A stretch of DNA of 64,000 nucleotides from an uncultured Chloroflexia bacterium (GCA_963797095.1 CAWCNY010000002.1:1248001-1312000); one strand, 5' to 3'; positions 21,416 through 31,206 are shown, numbered from the stretch's first letter. Numbers and translations are program-made. The notes: generated by a model from the sequence alone, not told the origin.

Positions 21416-23902
21416 TTATTCGAGGCCCTTCAGGGAGGCCAGGGGCCACAGGTGGTATTCGATCTCGGCTAACCCAGCTCTTACTACCGCGTCTACTACT
21501 TCCTGGGCCGGTTTGTAGCACTCGTCGGACTCGTCGAGGGGGACGTCGGCTGCGGCGTTGACTATTATGCCCGCTTTGGCGTAGCGCTTGTTGACTTCTT
21601 TCTGGGAAAGTTCGCGCTTGGCGGCTGAGCGGGACATGCGGCGTCCAGCGCCGTGGTTTACCGAGAAGCCGCTTCGGACCGCGCCGGGCAGCGGGCGGAG
21701 GACGAAGCTGTAGTCGTGGTTGCTGCCTGGGATGAGGATGGGGTGGCCGGTGTCTTCCCAGACAGTGCCTTCGAGAGCCGGGTAGCCTGCGGGGAAGGCG
21801 CGAGTGGCACCTTTGCGGTGTACCCACACCTCTCCATAGTCGGGATGCCACTCTTTTTGCACGAGGTTGTGGCTGATCTCGTAGATTAGCTCAAGGTCGG
21901 CCTTGAAGACCTCGCGGAACGCCTCGGCGATCTGCTGGAACAGGATCAGCCGGTTGATGATCGCGAAGTTGCCCCCGGCGGCTACGGCGTTCAGGTAACT
22001 GCGGTAGTGTTTGGAGTCGGGAGTGAAGTAGCCCATGTCGAGGTGCTTGATGCGGTCGGGCTCTTCCTCCTGTGCCATGTGGAAGTAGTTGGTGGCGAGG
22101 CCATGACCGAAGCCCCGGCTCCCGCTGTGCACCTGCACGAAGAGGGTCTGAGTTTCTTCGCTGCGCTGTAGCTCTATGAAGTGATTTCCTCCACCGAGAG
22201 AGCCAAGTTGTGGTATTCCACGCTCCGGCCGGCCTCTGCCTCCCCACGGTATCTGCCATTCTTCGTCTACGGGGATGCGGTTGCGTTCGGCGCGGCTGCG
22301 GTCGAAGGGTGCGCCGTAGCGCGAGATGTAGTAGTCGGCTCCGCCCTTGATGATCTTAACGAACTCATCCTCGGAGAGGGAACGGAGGGTGGTCTTGCTC
22401 TTGCCCCCCGCGCCCATCTCCACGCGTTGCATGACCGCGCGATTGAAGGCTAGGCGGCGTTCGGGGGTGGCGGCGTCGGCGGGCACATTGGACCTGGCGG
22501 AAACCATCCCGCAGTTGTGGACGAACACACCTGCTTCGAGCGCGAAGTTGCCATAGCCTGGGACCGTCAGGCAGTAGACATCCTCTCGATGAACTAACAT
22601 CTCGACCGCCACTACTTTGTGGTTATAGCCATGTTTGTAGCGACGGTGGCTGTGGATGCCAAAGCCTCCTCCCGGTATGACCTCGCCACAGGTTTCGCAG
22701 GTGTGGGACTTGTGAGCAACCTCTGAGGACTTCCTGCGTCCGGTTTCCGATTGGTTATAAGCAATCAGATAAGCCTTGTCGCGTTCCCCATTACCTGCTA
22801 CCGATGCCTTGAAGTGCTCAGGATTCCTCGCCATATACGTGAGTATATTGCGGGTACCTCTCTCGGCCATGTAAGCATAGCCCTCTTCAGTTTGAGCTTT
22901 TGCAGCGAGTGCGGCTTTCCTTGCTGTCTCGAATGCTTCGGACTGGAAGTGCGAATTGCGCTCGCGGAGGCTCTTATGGTAGGCCGTATGGTCGCGGTTC
23001 CCCATAAATGCAAGATTGGTAGGGCGATTATCTGTGGGTGTGAAGTTGCGGTGGTGTATGACGGTCTTCTGTCCATCAAACGAAGGTATTTCGCCCGGTA
23101 ACCCACCTCGGGCCATTATCGAATGCACCCGCTGATCGTTTTCATTGCCTGGGTGGCGCACAACTGTGTAACCGTCACGATCGGTATGTGAGCGGAATGG
23201 CATCAGAGATGTTCCAGGCTGAAGTTCGTGGGCCTGGCGATAGGCACCATCTCGTAGCATGAATTGATGGTTGGGGGTGCAGGTGATTTCGCGGCCATTG
23301 TCGAGGGTGACCTTCACAAGAGAAGCATCCGTGCGGGTTCTTTGGGCGGTGGCGTGGGCCACCACAATTTTGTGGTTGCTATCAAGCGCGTATACATGCA
23401 AGCTCTCTTCTCTATTCACAAGCTCCGCGATTGGATACGACTTACCATCTGCCGTGGGAACAAGTGTATCGCCCGTGAAACAGCCGATGTCATAGCCGAC
23501 CGGACCCATTGCCAGCGTGCCATCGGTGAGGATGACGGAGCCTACCGGCACACCGTAGCCGAAGTGTGCGTCGGGTGTGATTACCACTAGCTTGACGCCT
23601 GGAAAGCGTGTGGCGTTGACGATCTGAGTGTAAAGCACGTCCTCGGCTTCGTCGAGGAGTTTCTGGGTGAAGAAGAGGCGTACAGGCACATCGCCTGTGT
23701 CCTCGGTCTGAAGGTCGAAGTAGCCTTCGGGGTTCTGTCGGACAAGCCACTTCCAGTCGTGGGTGTGGATGATCTTGTCGGGCCGCTTGCCCTCGGATGT
23801 AGCCTGGGCTACCATCTCCTCTTGCGCCTTGGCGTCTATTTTCGCCTGCGTAATGGGAGACGGGATCATGTGCGGCTTGAGCTTTGTTTTCTTTTTAGCC
23901 AT
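21416..23902 (-). CDS. rtcB: RNA ligase RtcB, intein-containing
   Basis: PDAHFGYGVPVG, GYDIG|CG, GSLGGGNHFIE, HSGSRGFG, SHN, HRKGATRA, HGAGR; AAAGGA RBS before MAKKK. Confidence 0.95.
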   Translation of the reverse strand: MAKKKTKLKPHMIPSPITQAKIDAKAQEEMVAQATSEGKRPDKIIHTHDWKWLVRQNPEGYFDLQTEDTGDVPVRLFFTQKLLDEAEDVLYTQIVNATRFPGVKLVVITPDAHFGYGVPVGSVILTDGTLAMGPVGYDIGCFTGDTLVPTADGKSYPIAELVNREESLHVYALDSNHKIVVAHATAQRTRTDASLVKVTLDNGREITCTPNHQFMLRDGAYRQAHELQPGTSLMPFRSHTDRDGYTVVRHPGNENDQRVHSIMARGGLPGEIPSFDGQKTVIHHRNFTPTDNRPTNLAFMGNRDHTAYHKSLRERNSHFQSEAFETARKAALAAKAQTEEGYAYMAERGTRNILTYMARNPEHFKASVAGNGERDKAYLIAYNQSETGRRKSSEVAHKSHTCETCGEVIPGGGFGIHSHRRYKHGYNHKVVAVEMLVHREDVYCLTVPGYGNFALEAGVFVHNCGMVSARSNVPADAATPERRLAFNRAVMQRVEMGAGGKSKTTLRSLSEDEFVKIIKGGADYYISRYGAPFDRSRAERNRIPVDEEWQIPWGGRGRPERGIPQLGSLGGGNHFIELQRSEETQTLFVQVHSGSRGFGHGLATNYFHMAQEEEPDRIKHLDMGYFTPDSKHYRSYLNAVAAGGNFAIINRLILFQQIAEAFREVFKADLELIYEISHNLVQKEWHPDYGEVWVHRKGATRAFPAGYPALEGTVWEDTGHPILIPGSNHDYSFVLRPLPGAVRSGFSVNHGAGRRMSRSAAKRELSQKEVNKRYAKAGIIVNAAADVPLDESDECYKPAQEVVDAVVRAGLAEIEYHLWPLASLKGLE
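22514..23482 (-). mobile_element. Intein (323 aa) with HNH-type homing endonuclease
   Basis: Starts CFTGDT, block B TCTPNHQF, ends VFVHN|C; internal IHHRNFTPTDNRPTNL HNH motif and CETC..H..H Zn finger. Confidence 0.92.
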
Positions 23903-23998
23903 CTGGGTCCTTTCGTTGCGATCTTCTCTTTGCAAGGGTTGGTTGAATTGTACAATTGAAACTGCCTGATTGGATAGACAAGTGGACGGCGTGATTCG

Positions 23999-24487
23999 AT
24001 GGGCGCTTGGGAGGGCTTCTTTGTTGCGGAGGCCGGGGCTTCGGCTGCTTTGGCCGGGCTGATCTTCGTTGGGGTGTCGATCAACCTTGAGAAGATCATG
24101 ATCACCTCGGGGCTGCCGGGGCGGGCTTTCGAGACATTGCTACTGCTGCAGAACGTGCTGGTGTTATCTTCGGTTTCATTGGTGCCTGAGCAATCTGTAA
24201 CCGCTCTTGGGTTGGAAGTGCTTGCGATCGGGCTTGCAGTTTGGATCTACACAGTGGCTTCGCAGGCCAGTTATGGGAGAAAGCTGGAGGCGCAGTACAG
24301 GGGCTATTTCATCAGGAATGTGGCGCTCACGCAAGTAGCTTTACTACCGTTTCTAATAGCTGCGGTAGTTTTGCTGTTCGATGGGAATACATATGATGGT
24401 GTGTATTGGGTAGTGCCCGGCATGGTATTCTCCTTTGTGGTGGCGATAATAAACGTCTGGGTGCTGCTCGTCGAGATCAATCGCTAG
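23999..24487 (+). CDS. Small integral membrane protein
   Basis: Five hydrophobic segments; GASAALAGLIFVGVSIN and terminal WVLLVEINR motifs. Confidence 0.75.
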   Translation: MGAWEGFFVAEAGASAALAGLIFVGVSINLEKIMITSGLPGRAFETLLLLQNVLVLSSVSLVPEQSVTALGLEVLAIGLAVWIYTVASQASYGRKLEAQYRGYFIRNVALTQVALLPFLIAAVVLLFDGNTYDGVYWVVPGMVFSFVVAIINVWVLLVEINR

Positions 24488-24512
24488 CGGGGTTGCCAAC
24501 AACATACATGTG

Positions 24513-24596
24513 CGGAAGCGGCAGGACTCGAACCTGCAAAGCCCGAAGGCTCTAGCTGTTTAGCAAACAGGCTCCTGATCCAGCCGGATCACTTCC
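24513..24596 (-). tRNA. tRNA-Ser(GCT)
   Basis: Cloverleaf, loop UUGCUAA, long variable arm, T-loop UUCGAGU. Confidence 0.88.
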
Positions 24597-24685
24597 ATTT
24601 CAGATTTCAGATTTCGGATTTCTGCTGGTTCTACATTCCGCGTCTAAAATCCGAAATCTGAAATCTAAAATCCAAAATCGATCTG

Positions 24686-24758
24686 TGCCTCCGGCAGGAC
24701 TCGAACCTGCAACCCACGGTTTAAAAGACCGCTGCTCTGGCCGTTGAGCTACGGGGGC
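24686..24758 (-). tRNA. tRNA-Lys(TTT)
   Basis: Cloverleaf, loop CUUUUAA. Confidence 0.92.
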
Positions 24759-24825
24759 GTGATATATAAGTGGTTGTGGTATCATGGTGTAGTGTGGCGT
24801 GGCACCCCACCGGAAAGGTGATACC

Positions 24826-25347
24826 ATGCGAACAGTGATAATGGCGTTTTGCACGCTATTTGTGTTGTGCCTTGCGGGGTGCGGGTCCGATGAGGGTGTG
24901 CCCTCTACGCAGGTAGAAGTTCTGCATATACAGGCCATGTTGCCAGGTACGGATTGGCACAAGGCGAGCACCGAGAAGAAGGGCGAATTTGAGACGGAGC
25001 GCTGGGAAAACGGCGATGGTACGCTCTTTTTCAGGGTGGCGGATGCTCCTGACGATGCACTGAGCTATCCGCTTATCCAGGCTAGCTCCGTTGCTCAGTA
25101 TATGGCGGTGATGGATTTCCCACCTTCAACCCTGGTGGAAGATTCAACGATGCTTGGGCGTAGCGCCCTGCGTATGGAGGGGGTTTCGCCTGAGAGCGAC
25201 GCTTATCACACGGTCGATTTCGTGTTTATCGCCGGCCTTCGCCATTTCTTCGTGGGTGCAGGCGCAGCCAATTCGGTTTGGGATGCGGGTGGGTCGGATA
25301 CCGTGTACGCCATAATCCAGAGTGCGAAGCTGGCTATAGTCAAGTAG
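24826..25347 (+). CDS. Hypothetical lipoprotein inserted antisense in the tRNA cluster
   Basis: Lipobox LAGC; AAAGGTG RBS. Confidence 0.7.
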   Translation: MRTVIMAFCTLFVLCLAGCGSDEGVPSTQVEVLHIQAMLPGTDWHKASTEKKGEFETERWENGDGTLFFRVADAPDDALSYPLIQASSVAQYMAVMDFPPSTLVEDSTMLGRSALRMEGVSPESDAYHTVDFVFIAGLRHFFVGAGAANSVWDAGGSDTVYAIIQSAKLAIVK

Positions 25348-25417
25348 GAAATTGAACCAAGACGGTTGGAGTATAGGCCACGACAGCGTGCCTGGAGTTC
25401 ACGCCATCGCGGCCCGG

Positions 25418-25490
25418 TCGGCGCGCCCGGAGTTGAACGGGGACCGTCTGTTTATAAGACAGATGTGCAGTACCGCTACACCACACGCCG
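25418..25490 (-). tRNA. tRNA-Ile(TAT), atypical
   Basis: Cloverleaf, loop CUUAUAA, C1-G72, imperfect T stem. Confidence 0.75.
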
Positions 25491-25567
25491 GGGAGTTTGG
25501 AGCTCGAAGTTTGAGGTTTGAAGTTCCGACTACCGATTACCAGCAACTTCAAACATAGAATCTGGCT

Positions 25568-25653
25568 TGGAGGAAGCGGGGAGGCTCGAACTCCCAAGAC
25601 CCGAAGGTCCAGCCGTTTTCGGGACGGTTTGCTCACCAATTCGCATCGCTCCC
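25568..25653 (-). tRNA. tRNA-Ser(CGA), C33
   Basis: Loop CCCGAAA, long variable arm, encoded CCA. Confidence 0.8.
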
Positions 25654-25737
25654 TTGGGGACGGACGAAAGACGAAAGACGAATATAAGGAGTTTGTTTGA
25701 TCGTTCGTCTTTCGTCCTTCCGTCATTTGTCGTACAG

Positions 25738-26307
25738 CTAACCCGGCAGGTAGGGCTGCCACTCTGCTACCAGTTCACCGCTGGCGGTGAAGCGGCGCAG
25801 GATTGCGTAAGGGTTGGGGCGCGGTTCACGTGGGACGGAGCGCAGACGCATCTTTGCCTGGTCGGGGGTGCGCTGCCCCTTCTTGTGATTGCAGTTGGAG
25901 CATGCCGACACGAGGTTGTCCCAGGTGTGGCGGCCACCCTTCGAGCGCGGAAGGATGTGGTCCAGGGTGAGGTCGCGGGTGTGCTTGCCGCAGTATTGGC
26001 AAGTGTAGTTGTCGCGCAGGAAGATCTCATGCCGGGTCAGGGATACTCGGCGTTGCGGGTGGCGCACCATGTACTGTAGCCGGATTACCGACGGGCATTC
26101 CACAATAGTGGATGGTGCGCGTACCATGCCTTCGCTGAACTCCAGCACCTCTGCCTTGCCGGTGAGAGTGAGAGTCAGTGCGCGCCGGGTGGAGCAGACG
26201 TTGAGAGGCTCGAAGTTCTGGTTCAGCACCAGCACAGGCGCGGCCAACAGGTCGATTGCGGATTTTAGATTGCTGACTGCGGATTGATTCTGTAGTTCGT
26301 CTATCAT
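25738..26307 (-). CDS. HNH endonuclease (McrA-like, HNH_5)
   Basis: VLVLNQNFEPL, RDNYTCQYCG, TLDHILPRSKGG..WDNLVSACSNCNHKKG. Confidence 0.93.
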   Translation of the reverse strand: MIDELQNQSAVSNLKSAIDLLAAPVLVLNQNFEPLNVCSTRRALTLTLTGKAEVLEFSEGMVRAPSTIVECPSVIRLQYMVRHPQRRVSLTRHEIFLRDNYTCQYCGKHTRDLTLDHILPRSKGGRHTWDNLVSACSNCNHKKGQRTPDQAKMRLRSVPREPRPNPYAILRRFTASGELVAEWQPYLPG

Positions 26308-26445
26308 GAATTTGTATTCGGTATGTTGGCCGCGCCTGAGAGGGCGTGTCCAGGGCCTTTATGTCTCCTTTCTTGGGATTTTGGAATTGGAGTCAGGCTA
26401 ATGACTTGGACTTTCGTCGTTCGTCTTTGGTCCTTCGTCCGGTTG

Positions 26446-26521
26446 TGGTGTACCTGGGATGGCTCGAACATCCTACCTGCGCTGTATCAGAACGCTGCTC
26501 TACCGGGTGAGCTACAGGTAC
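26446..26521 (-). tRNA. tRNA-Ile(GAT)
   Basis: Cloverleaf, loop CUGAUAC, encoded CCA. Confidence 0.88.
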
Positions 26522-26790
26522 ATCTGGGGATGGTTTTCGGGGCTTGTCGCTACAGATTGCGCGCGTTTTGTAGCGCTCTTTCTCTCGGGAAGGCGGGCGG
26601 CTTCCCAGGCATTCGTGTCGCTTCGGCGCGGGGCTTTGAAGTCGAGGCTAACATTGCGGAGCGGTCTGGCGCATTGGAGGTACCTGTTTGTGCCTACTTC
26701 GTGCTTGCGAGACATCTTGCGGCAGGTGACGCACGCGAAGTGGTGTTTGTATGGGATGCGATGATCCTTTGGCTGTGGGAGCACGATTAT
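26512..26790 (-). pseudogene. Possible degenerate small Zn-ribbon protein
   Basis: YKHHFACVTCRK...QCARPLRNVSLDFKAPRRSDTNAW; second CxxC incomplete, start unclear. Confidence 0.35.
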
Positions 26791-26854
26791 CAGTGGAAGG
26801 CGGACAGGCTGCGGTATGTAGATGAGATTCCTGAGGAGGTAAGGCGAGGATGCG

Positions 26855-27481
26855 TCACGACCCAGGATTGTTTTTGTTCGAGGCCTGGCGTTTTCTTTCT
26901 TTTTCAATGCCTTTCATGGCCGCACCCAGACAATCTGAGACGCTTTTGCTGAACCAGGCATGTGCCTTTTGGAGTGCGTGTAAGTCGTCCATAGTAAAGT
27001 GCATATCTGCGACACATTTCGGGTGTGTAATTCGATCTCGTATTGTACTCGCTTCTGTGAATGCCATCCACCCTTCATCGCCTCTATCGAGTTTGAAAGT
27101 GGAGCAAGCAGCCTTACTGAAGAACTTGAACGTGCCAGTTAGGTTATTCGTAGAGCTGATTTTGGCTTTTGAAGTTCTGACGTCGGAATTGTCGTTGAGC
27201 TTGGTTTCTACTTCATTGAGGAATTCAATCTCAACATGGTTGAATTGCACGCCGAGGTCTTGTGCGACAGTTATAACCTTCTGTTTCATGAGGAACAATA
27301 TACCTTCGATACTAGAGAACATTGATCGAGCTAATGCGCGTCCCCAGAACTGGCGGTTGTCGTCAGTAGCTGCTCTGCCACTGCTAAAAATGAAGCTGAT
27401 TTCACTCTTATAAGAATTTAGAAACTGTGTCATCTCGTCTTCATCGAGCGACGAGTTTATACTCTTATTTGAAGCTATCAT
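26855..27481 (-). CDS. HEPN-domain protein (putative RNase)
   Basis: Rx4H motif RDRITH plus an N-terminal RALARSMFSSIEG helix; AT-richer than flanks. Confidence 0.7.
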   Translation of the reverse strand: MIASNKSINSSLDEDEMTQFLNSYKSEISFIFSSGRAATDDNRQFWGRALARSMFSSIEGILFLMKQKVITVAQDLGVQFNHVEIEFLNEVETKLNDNSDVRTSKAKISSTNNLTGTFKFFSKAACSTFKLDRGDEGWMAFTEASTIRDRITHPKCVADMHFTMDDLHALQKAHAWFSKSVSDCLGAAMKGIEKERKRQASNKNNPGS

Positions 27482-27500
27482 GGCCTAACCCTTCTGATAG

Positions 27501-28825
27501 GTTGGTGTATTATCTTTTCTGTAAATTGGGAAATGTGGACCGGCTGAGATAGACAGCAGGTCAGGGTGTATCCTTTGAGTTGCGAAACACCAAAAGGAGG
27601 GCACCCATGACCTACCAGCCAGATTATACGTTATCGCAGGAACTGTTGGAACGTCTCAACGAAGAAGGATTAGACGCTTTACCAGAGATGATTCGAATCG
27701 TCATTAACTCAGCTATGCAAGCTGAGCGGCTCAAATAGTTGGGTGTTGGTGCTCCTTACGAGCGCTCTGCGGAGCGGCAGGACCAGTCCAACGGTTACAA
27801 GCCAAAGACGCTCAAGACCAGAGTGGGTGAGATTACCTTCTCTGTGCCCCAGGTGCGACAGGGCGACTTCTACCCTGGAGCCCTGGAGAAGGGACTGCGC
27901 TCGGAGCGTGCTCTCACACTGGCGTTGGCAGAGATGTACGTGCAAGGGGTCTCGACGCGCAGAGTGGCAGCCATCACCGAGAAGCTATGCGGTACCCAGG
28001 TATCCAGTGCTGCAGTGAGCCGAGCTGCCTCCCAGTTGGACGAGGTGCTGGAAGGGTGGCGCAACCGACCGCTGGGGGAGTGTCCCTACCTTATCCTGGA
28101 TGCCCGTTATGAGAAGGTGAGGCAGGACGGGCAGGTGAGAGACGCTGCAGTGCTGATTGGTATTGGCATCACCCGTGCAGGGCGACGGCAACTGCTGGGA
28201 GTATCGGTATCTTTGAGCGAGTATGAGGTGCATTGGCGCACCTTCCTGCAGAGCCTGGTATCGAGGGGGCTATCAGGAGTGAGGATGATAACATCCGACG
28301 CTCATGAGGGGCTGGGGGCAGCACGCAAGGCGGTATTCGGAGGAGTGCCCTGGCAGCGGTGCCAGTTTCATCTGCAGCAGAATGCCCAGGCTTATGTTCC
28401 CCGGCAGGAGATGAAAGCTGAGGTAGCCCAGGACATTAGAGCCATCTTCTCGGCATCATCATTGGAGCAGGCCAAACAGATGCTGGACAAAGCGGTTGCG
28501 AAGTATGAGAAGAGCGCTGCTCGCCTATCGCACTGGCTGCAAAACAACATCTTGGAAGGGTTGACCGTCTTTGCCCTCCCACAATCACAGTGGCGATCCC
28601 TTCGCACCACCAACGGGCTGGAACGCATCAACCAGGAGGTACGCCGGCGGACCAGAGTGGTGGGGATCTTCCCCAACGAGGCGAGTTGCCTGCGCTTGGT
28701 GACGGCAGTGCTGATGGAGATCAGCGACGAATGGGAGACAGGCCGAGCTTACATGACTTTTGACTACTGATTGACCAATTTAGAGGAACACCCTGACCAA
28801 TTTACAGAAAAAGGCTTGCATAATC
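27501..28825 (+). mobile_element. IS256-family insertion sequence
   Basis: Imperfect TIRs sharing TTTTCTGTAAATTGG; 9-bp direct repeat TTCTGATAG at 27492-27500 and 28826-28834. Confidence 0.93.
27607..28770 (+). pseudogene. IS256 transposase with in-frame TAG at 27736-27738
   Basis: AGGAGG+ATG at 27607 in frame with the 27739 ORF; EMYVQGVSTRRV, SDAHEGL, WQRCQFH, TTNGLER. Confidence 0.88.
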
Positions 28826-28980
28826 TTCTGATAGTGAGCTAAAAGCGGCCTATCCGCAACTTCTGACTACGCTATGTACCCAATGTGCCTAGAGTAGCAA
28901 ATCTATTGCCATCTCTCGGTCTATGGCTTACAAGGATCTGGCAGTGCTATTAGACTTCCAATAACACTGCCACTTTTACT

Positions 28981-30642
28981 TTATGCTATTTCACCAGTGA
29001 CAAAGTCCGACATAATTGCTGGTGCATTAGCGTCAAAACCTACTACGTCGAGCATGCCCGCGTCGTCTGGGTCCGAGATGGAAAAGCCGTTGGAGGTCAT
29101 ACCTACGACGATCATCTTGGCCGGGATACCCATCTTGTCGCGGTACTGGCGCAGGGCCTCTGCCGGGTGCGGCTTGCCTGCCCAGGTCTCCGAGTCGGTG
29201 TAGACAACGAAGACGTCGGCCTGGACCTTGTGATTCATAGCCCACTTCATCGGGAGAGCGCAGTCGGTGCCGCCCATCGGGATGGCCGAGGTGGTCTTCA
29301 CCACGTCGTCCAGCCGCTGGCGCGGGCTGATGTTGACCGGGGTGATACCCGGGTCGCCGCCGCCCCATTGGCCGCCGATTACACCCTTCGATGGAGCCGA
29401 GAAGGCCACGATGGTGTGGTCCTTCTCGACCGCCGCGGTTACGAGCGCCATTGCGGCGCTGCCGGTGCGTGCGTCGAGGCCGGGGATACCCGCGATCATG
29501 CTGCCGCCCATCGAGCCCGACACGTCGAGCGCCAGCAGCCAGCGCTTGTTGGTTGGCTGCACAGCGCCAAAGGCGATGTAGAATGCGTCGTTGAGGGCGT
29601 CGATTACGGGGGTTACGGGAGTCCAGCGCAGCTTGCCGCGCTCGCCCCGGCCCTGTGCGTAGGTCTTGATGGCTGCCAGCACCTTGATTGGGTGCAGACG
29701 TGCCTTGATGATACGGTCCTTCTTGCCCAGTTCGGCGACAACCTTGCGGGTCGCGTCGCTCATGGGCGCAATGAGGCCAACATCGGTCATCTTAGCCAGG
29801 TTGCGGATCATGGCCTCCATCGGCATGTTTGCCAGCAGGATTTCCCAGATGTCGCGGCTGTTGAGCCACTGGGTCGGGATTGCCTCGCGAGGCAGGTTGT
29901 AATCGAGGATGAGGCCCAGCACTTCGTTTTCGGTCTGAGCGCGCTTTGCTCGCTCGAACGCCCACAGGAGGCGAAGGTTCTCGTCCGGGTGTGGCTCGTC
30001 GCCTACCCACTCCCAGCCGTTCACCATCCAACCGTAGATGATCTCGTGTACGTTGTCTACCGGCTTCGGGTGGGCCAGGCGCAGGAGGTCGCGGTGCGAC
30101 CAACCGTCGCGCTGCTGGTACTTGATGGCTTGAAGAGCTAGCTTGTCCGCGGGCTGTGCATACCACTTGGCAACAGCCTCGCGCAGGCCACGACCCCAAC
30201 CGCGCAGACCGTCTACGTACTGTGCAAAGTGGAAGAGGTGGGTGCCGATGCGGCACACTCGCGGCAGGGCATCGAAAGCTGCTCGCTTGGTAGCGGCGTC
30301 GCCGTAGGTCGCTGCTAGAGCGAGGGCGAAGATCGCCGGGTCGTTTTTGGGTGCGCGGCCTGCCTCCGAGATTGCGACGATGCGCTCGACTGCGCGCTGG
30401 CCGTCTTCCTTGATGCAGTGAATAACTGCGTTGGCGTTTTCGGCGGTGAGGGCCTTTTCGGTGATGTAGTAGGTGCCGCCCTCGCTGCCCAGGATCAGCC
30501 ATCTATCGAGACGCATCCAGTCGTCGACCGTCCACGAGTAGCCGCCGCCGCTGTTGGCAACCTGGTCGCTGCCCGGTATCGGCTGGCTCTGCGGGGTGTC
30601 GTTTGCCTGGATGCTCTTTACAAAGTTGGTGATGTTCTTCAT
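28981..30642 (-). CDS. rsr: TROVE-domain Ro60-related RNA-binding protein (Rsr) with vWA domain
   Basis: NSGGGY, RWLILGSEGGTYY, GWGRGLR, KYQQRDGWSHRDLLRLAHPKP, DVSGSM MIDAS, GGTDCALPM, YTDSETW; AAGGAG RBS. Confidence 0.96.
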   Translation of the reverse strand: MKNITNFVKSIQANDTPQSQPIPGSDQVANSGGGYSWTVDDWMRLDRWLILGSEGGTYYITEKALTAENANAVIHCIKEDGQRAVERIVAISEAGRAPKNDPAIFALALAATYGDAATKRAAFDALPRVCRIGTHLFHFAQYVDGLRGWGRGLREAVAKWYAQPADKLALQAIKYQQRDGWSHRDLLRLAHPKPVDNVHEIIYGWMVNGWEWVGDEPHPDENLRLLWAFERAKRAQTENEVLGLILDYNLPREAIPTQWLNSRDIWEILLANMPMEAMIRNLAKMTDVGLIAPMSDATRKVVAELGKKDRIIKARLHPIKVLAAIKTYAQGRGERGKLRWTPVTPVIDALNDAFYIAFGAVQPTNKRWLLALDVSGSMGGSMIAGIPGLDARTGSAAMALVTAAVEKDHTIVAFSAPSKGVIGGQWGGGDPGITPVNISPRQRLDDVVKTTSAIPMGGTDCALPMKWAMNHKVQADVFVVYTDSETWAGKPHPAEALRQYRDKMGIPAKMIVVGMTSNGFSISDPDDAGMLDVVGFDANAPAIMSDFVTGEIA

Positions 30643-30653
30643 TCTTTCTCCTT

Positions 30654-30673
30654 TCGGCCCCTTTGGGGCAAGA
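30654..30673 (-). promoter_or_regulatory. Ro-binding-motif hairpin abutting the rsr RBS
   Basis: mRNA reads CUUGCCCC-AAA-GGGGCCGA-AAGGAG-AAAGA-AUG; same motif as the permuted array units. Confidence 0.65.
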
Positions 30674-30763
30674 TTTGTATTTGATAGCCGGTAGCCGGAA
30701 GTTCCAGGTTCCAGGTTCCAAGTTTCTGGTTGTGACTGCTGGCTACAGTGATAGCGTAGAGAT

Positions 30764-30814
30764 TCCTCCGCCGATAGAATATGGCTCTGAGCGCGGTATT
30801 CTATCGGCGGAGGA
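30764..30814. repeat. 19-bp stem-loop between the Y-RNA array and rsr
   Basis: TCCTCCGCCGATAGAATAT...GTATTCTATCGGCGGAGGA. Confidence 0.7.
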
Positions 30815-30823
30815 CCGCGAAAC

Positions 30824-31068
30824 GAGGCGGTCAAGAGACGCATTGGGAGACAATCTGGACGTTGGCTTGCGGCCTGTTCCAGCTATGTACCTCCGGCAAC
30901 CCCGGCTGGCGGGCAGTTACCTTCGGATTGTCTTGCTTCCCGGCGAATAAACCCCCGATGCGGGAGAACCCGGCCTGTTATTGGCCTCGTGGTCTGGTAG
31001 CAGTTCGCCTCTTGCTGATCCGGTTTGGGTTGGTCATGATAGGTAACCCAATAGCAGCGTACCGCCTC
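30824..31068 (-). ncRNA. Y RNA-like unit 1 (canonical, large ~190-nt insert)
   Basis: GAGGCGGUACG...UUGGGUUACC ... CCCAAUG...CUUGACCGCCUC. Confidence 0.72.
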
Positions 31069-31096
31069 AATTCCATGATACCACTACGATTGTTTC

Positions 31097-31206
31097 CCCG
31101 GTAGTCAAGGGGCGTAATGGCCGAGATTCGCCCAGGCATGAAGGGGCCTGAGCTTAGGATTTGAACCTGTGCAGGCCGATAACCCATGTACAACGTACCA
31201 CCAGGG
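31097..31206 (-). ncRNA. Y RNA-like unit 2 (YrlA-type: T arm + loop-closed acceptor-like stem)
   Basis: GGUGGUACG/UUGACUACC, GGGUUAUC, AGG-UUCAAAU-CCU, GCUCAGGC/GCCUGGGC. Confidence 0.8.

Noticed and set aside
30643-30843. 67-aa N-terminal extension of the rsr ORF in the track
   Set aside because: It overlaps hairpins and heptamer repeats; an AAGGAG RBS precedes the ATG at 30642
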